From an uncultured Chloroflexia bacterium (lineage in GTDB: Bacteria > Chloroflexota > Limnocylindria > Limnocylindrales > CSP1-4), in assembly GCA_963810285.1 (NCBI GenBank), contig CAWEMV010000002.1, positions 1,757,177 to 1,821,176 on the forward strand: DNA of 64,000 nucleotides, in the 5' to 3' direction. The position numbers were made by a program, and so were the translations under genes. Position 1 is the stretch's first letter, and each line of letters starts with the position of its first letter. This document shows positions 60,716 through 64,000 of this stretch, piece by piece. The notes beneath the pieces were generated by a model that had not been told where the DNA came from, searched no databases, and worked only from the letters and a program-made list of their open reading frames with translations.

Positions 60716-61723
60716 TCATTCGACGTTCGTGAGCGCCGCCTCGAGCTCTTCGTCGCTGAAGATCAGCATGAACGAGTCGGTCACGATGCCGTCCCGGTCG
60801 ACCACGAAGACCCACGGCTCGGTCGGCAGGCGCCAATCCCGCGCGGCCTGGGCCGGCGTGAGCTGAGGCGGGTCGCCGGTCGTGACGGGCTGCAACCCGC
60901 TGTCGGTGGACTCGAGCTCGTAGGGCTCGACGTTGATGACCGTGACGTCGGGGTGGTCGGCCGCGATCGGCTTCAAACGGTCGAGGGTCGGGCCGCACTG
61001 CTGGGTAACACAGAACTTCGGCGTGGCGAACGCCACCACGAACGGCTTGCCGGCGGCCACCGCATCGGCGATCGACGTCTCGTAGAACGCCGGCACCGGC
61101 TCCGGATCGGTCGAGATCTTCGACACGTCGCCGCCCACGTCTGCGAGGGTCGGCGTGTCGGACGCCGGCGCCTCGTCGCCGACCGCCACGACCGACGACG
61201 CGGGCTGGACGTCGAAGCCGGCCCGGATCACCTCGGGCGCCGAGCCGGCGACGACGGTCGTGAACTCGGCCCCGTACGCGCCGGCCGTCGGCAGCTCGAT
61301 GTCGGCGACGTACACCCCGACCCTCGGCTCGATCGCCCAGATGAACGTGGCCGGCACGTCGTCGACCGGCGTCGACGGATCCGTACCGAGGTCGAACACC
61401 TTGACGCTCACCGTCCGGTCCGGTCCGGCGACCGGCACGTTCTGGTCGTCGAGGAACGAGAACATCAGCCGCGTCTGGCCGCAGGCGATCGTCCCGGCCG
61501 GATTGATGATCTGCGGGAACACCGACGGGTCCTGGGCCGCGAGGTCCCATCCGTCGGGCGTCCCCTGCGGTGTCGGCGTCGTCGGGCATGCGGCGGCACC
61601 ACTGCCGCTCGGGCTCGCCGCCGACGAGGCGCTTGGCGACGGACCGGCGCCGGTCGGCTGGCTGCAGGCGGTGACGGCGAGCAGCACGGCGCAGAGCGTC
61701 GCCAGTCGCACCGGATGGGTCAT
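60716..61723 (-). CDS. Lipoprotein with C-terminal thioredoxin-like (TlpA/Sco-like) domain
   Basis: This is the tail of ORF 60716..63853, starting at ATG 61723. The lipobox is 'LLAVTAC'. The redox-type motif is 'ATPKFCVTQQCGP'. It is divergent from ctaA-ctaB. Confidence 0.7.
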   Translation of the reverse strand: MTHPVRLATLCAVLLAVTACSQPTGAGPSPSASSAASPSGSGAAACPTTPTPQGTPDGWDLAAQDPSVFPQIINPAGTIACGQTRLMFSFLDDQNVPVAGPDRTVSVKVFDLGTDPSTPVDDVPATFIWAIEPRVGVYVADIELPTAGAYGAEFTTVVAGSAPEVIRAGFDVQPASSVVAVGDEAPASDTPTLADVGGDVSKISTDPEPVPAFYETSIADAVAAGKPFVVAFATPKFCVTQQCGPTLDRLKPIAADHPDVTVINVEPYELESTDSGLQPVTTGDPPQLTPAQAARDWRLPTEPWVFVVDRDGIVTDSFMLIFSDEELEAALTNVE

Positions 61724-61813
61724 GCCCGAAGCGTACCCGAGGCCGAGGTGCGAGGCCGTCGGCGGGTAGAATGCCCGATGCATCCGGCCCGCGGGGCCAC
61801 CCCAGGAGACGCC

Positions 61814-63670
61814 GTGACCCGCTTCCAGAAGCTCGCCGCGTGGACGCTCGGGACGGCGATCCTGCTCGTCACGATCGGGGTGATCGTCCGCGCCACCGAC
61901 TCCGGCCTGGGCTGCCCGGATTGGCCGCTCTGCCACGGCCAGCTGCTCCCGCCGCTCGACGACGCGAAGGCGTGGATCGAGTGGGTGCACCGGACGGTCG
62001 CGGCGATCATCGGGTTCGAGATCATCGGTCTGGCGATCCTCGCCTGGATCGACCATCGCGATCGCCGCTCGCTCCTGTGGCCATCGATCGGAGCGGTCGC
62101 GCTGGTCGGGTTCCAGGCGTGGCTCGGGCGCGAGACCGTGCGCCTGGGGAACAGCGGCGAGTCCGTCACCGCGCACCTGGCAGCCGCGATGCTGCTGGTC
62201 GCCCTCCTCGTCTACGTCACGGTCCGGGCCGGTTTCCCCGCGCACCTGCCCGGCTGGGGCGCGAGCCAGCGGTTCACGCTCCTCGCGGCGTTCACCACGC
62301 TTGCCACCTTCGCCCTGCTGCTGTTCGGGTCCCAGGTCACCGCGACCGATTCGGCGCTGGTCTTCCCGGACTGGCCGCTGATGAACGGGTCGCTCGTCCC
62401 GGCCCTCGACGAGCTGACGTCGGCGCACGCGCTCCACCGCTGGGTGGCCGCGATCGTCGGGGTGATCGTCGGGCTTTTCGCGCTGATGGCGTGGCGGACG
62501 CAACGGGACGACCCCACGCTCGTCCGGCTCGCGGTCGGGGCGGCCGCTGTGTACGCCATCCAGGTCGTGGTCGGCGGGCTGCAGGTCATGACCCGACTGT
62601 CGGCCTGGAGCCAGACCCTGCACCTCGCCCTCGGCGCGATCATCTTCGCGATGCTCGTCGGCGCGACCGTCACGAGCTACTACGCCGCGCGGCTGGCCGC
62701 CGCCGGATCCGACCGCGACCGCGGCGCCGGGCTGACCGGGCGGCCCGATCCGACGGCCCCGCCCACGACGCGGGACCGGATCCGCGCCTACGTCGCGCTG
62801 ACCAAGCCGCGCATCATCGAGCTGCTGCTCGTGACCACGGTGCCGGCGATGGTGCTTGCCACCCGCTGGGTGCCCGGTCTCGATTGGGGCGAGTGGGGCT
62901 GGCGCGTCGTCTGGACCCTCATCGGCGGGACGCTGGCGGCCGGAAGCGCCAACGCGATCAACTGCTACCTCGACCGCGACATCGACTCGCTCATGACCCG
63001 GACCCGACGTCGCCCGCTGCCCGCCCACCAGGTCGAGCCAGAGCACGCGGTGGTCTTCGGGCTCGCGCTCGGGGTCATCTCGTTCGTGCTGATGGCCTGG
63101 ACCATCAACCTGCTGGCGGCGTTCCTGACGCTGCTCGCGATCGCCTTCTACGTCGTCGTCTACACGATGCTCCTGAAGCGGTCGACCCCGCAGAACATCG
63201 TGATCGGCGGCGCGGCCGGGGCGCTGCCACCGGTCATCGGCTGGGCGGCCGTCACCGGCGACGTGGGGATCCCCGCGCTCGTCCTGTTCGCGATCGTCTT
63301 CTACTGGACGCCGCCCCACTTCTGGGCGCTGTCGCTCCGGATCCGCAAGGACTACGCGGCCGCTGGCGTCCCGATGCTGCCGGTGGTCCGCGGCATCCCC
63401 GAGACGACCCGCCAGATCGCGCTGTACACGCTGCTCATGGTCGCGATCTCGCTGCTGCTGTGGCCGGTGGCGCGGATGGGCGTGATCTACCTCGGTGCTG
63501 CTGTCGGGCTCGGCGTCGTATTCATCTGGCAGGCGTACGCACTCTGGCGCCGCGGGTCGTCCGAGGAGGCCTCCACGCAGGGCGCCATCAAGCTGTATCG
63601 CTATTCGATCAGCTACCTGTCGCTGCTGTTCGCGGCGATCGCGATCGACGCGCTGATCCTGTTGCCGTAA
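61814..63670 (+). CDS. Fused heme A synthase (CtaA/COX15) and protoheme IX farnesyltransferase (CtaB/heme O synthase)
   Basis: GTG 61814 lies 6 nt after GGAGA, and ATG 61778 is an alternative. The N-terminal half has 'GLGCPDWPLCHG', 'HR' and a second 'FPDWPLMNG'. The C-terminal half has 'YVALTKPRIIELL', 'NCYLDRDID' and 'YWTPPHFWALS'. It is one uninterrupted frame of about 618 codons. Confidence 0.85.
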   Translation: MTRFQKLAAWTLGTAILLVTIGVIVRATDSGLGCPDWPLCHGQLLPPLDDAKAWIEWVHRTVAAIIGFEIIGLAILAWIDHRDRRSLLWPSIGAVALVGFQAWLGRETVRLGNSGESVTAHLAAAMLLVALLVYVTVRAGFPAHLPGWGASQRFTLLAAFTTLATFALLLFGSQVTATDSALVFPDWPLMNGSLVPALDELTSAHALHRWVAAIVGVIVGLFALMAWRTQRDDPTLVRLAVGAAAVYAIQVVVGGLQVMTRLSAWSQTLHLALGAIIFAMLVGATVTSYYAARLAAAGSDRDRGAGLTGRPDPTAPPTTRDRIRAYVALTKPRIIELLLVTTVPAMVLATRWVPGLDWGEWGWRVVWTLIGGTLAAGSANAINCYLDRDIDSLMTRTRRRPLPAHQVEPEHAVVFGLALGVISFVLMAWTINLLAAFLTLLAIAFYVVVYTMLLKRSTPQNIVIGGAAGALPPVIGWAAVTGDVGIPALVLFAIVFYWTPPHFWALSLRIRKDYAAAGVPMLPVVRGIPETTRQIALYTLLMVAISLLLWPVARMGVIYLGAAVGLGVVFIWQAYALWRRGSSEEASTQGAIKLYRYSISYLSLLFAAIAIDALILLP

Positions 63671-63740
63671 CGATCGCGCGACGCGCAGAGCGGCCGGCGC
63701 GACGGCCGGTGACGCGCGCGGCCTGTCACCATGCGCGGTG

Positions 63741-64000
63741 ATGGACATCCAGTTCCTCGGTGGCGCCACGACTGTCACGGGCTCGCAGTTCCTGATCACG
63801 ACCGATCGGGCGCGGGTGCTGGTCGATTGCGGCATGTTCCAGGGCAGCCCCAACGAGTCCGTCCGGAACCGGATCCCATTCGGCTTCGACCCGTCCGAGC
63901 TCGATGCCGTCGTGCTGACCCACGCCCATCTCGACCACTGCGGCCGGCTGCCGCTCCTCGTCCGGGAGGGCTACGCCGGCACCATCCATGCGACGGCCGG
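63741..64000 (+). CDS. MBL-fold metallo-hydrolase, beta-CASP/RNA-metabolising type (5' part, runs off window)
   Basis: My own translation from ATG 63741 is 'MDIQFLGGATTVTGSQFLITTDRARVLVDCGMFQG...LTHAHLDHCGRLPLL'. It contains the HxHxDH motif. It is not in the ORF track because no stop is reached. Confidence 0.75.
   Translation, partial: MDIQFLGGATTVTGSQFLITTDRARVLVDCGMFQGSPNESVRNRIPFGFDPSELDAVVLTHAHLDHCGRLPLLVREGYAGTIHATA

Noticed and set aside
61724-63853. Upstream 710 codons of minus-strand ORF 60716..63853, opposite ctaA-ctaB
   Set aside because: Only the last 335 codons (from ATG 61723, with a lipoprotein signal) look like a protein. The remainder is low-complexity antisense of the clearly coding CtaA-CtaB frame.

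Overview
High-GC (roughly 70% by eye), densely coding bacterial chromosomal segment of Actinomycetota- or Chloroflexota-like character. I see no rRNA, CRISPR, transposase, integrase or prophage genes, and one tRNA, Gly(CCC).

Layout:
- (1) 0.2-6.3 kb: CoA-transferase, two esterase/hydrolase genes, and a lipoprotein NirK with an N-terminal cupredoxin domain.
- (2) 6.3-18.4 kb: one long, mostly overlap-coupled minus-strand operon. Order: small Cys protein, cNMP-binding protein, group-3b-type [NiFe]-hydrogenase (fused HyhB/HyhG-like subunit, small and large subunits), maturation endopeptidase, a pyruvate:ferredoxin oxidoreductase (PFOR) with an internal CBS pair, HypC, DMT transporter, conserved hypothetical, CBS protein.
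- (3) 19.4-24.1 kb: USP, GNAT and P-type ATPase block.
- (4) 24.2-27.7 kb: phosphoketolase plus acetate kinase.
- (5) 27.9-32.2 kb: small membrane and metal genes and the tRNA-Gly.
- (6) 32.4-39.4 kb: a surface protein of about 2,300 aa (S8 protease, Ig-like repeats, MBG-like repeats, TM anchor) with near-perfect 975-bp and 255-bp tandem repeats.
- (7) lipB, a GalT-like gene, an ECF sigma/anti-sigma pair and an RlpA-like gene.
- (8) pyrR-pyrB-pyrC, then about 8 kb of unrelated genes, then pyrK-pyrD-LLM-pyrE.
- (9) Thioredoxin-like lipoprotein, fused CtaA-CtaB, and the start of a beta-CASP MBL hydrolase.

Most notable observations:
- The hydrogenase-PFOR-HypC super-operon with cNMP and CBS sensor modules.
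- A PFOR that appears to carry a CBS pair between domain III and the ferredoxin/TPP half.
- Four loci (PFOR, xfp, ackA, the giant surface protein) are broken by about 40 frame changes. Every one I could trace has the polarity of a single inserted base, while all neighbouring genes are intact. This looks more like a locus-specific consensus or assembly artefact than ordinary pseudogene decay, and it must be resolved before calling these genes dead.

All calls come from manual reading of the ORF track and sequence. No database search was run.
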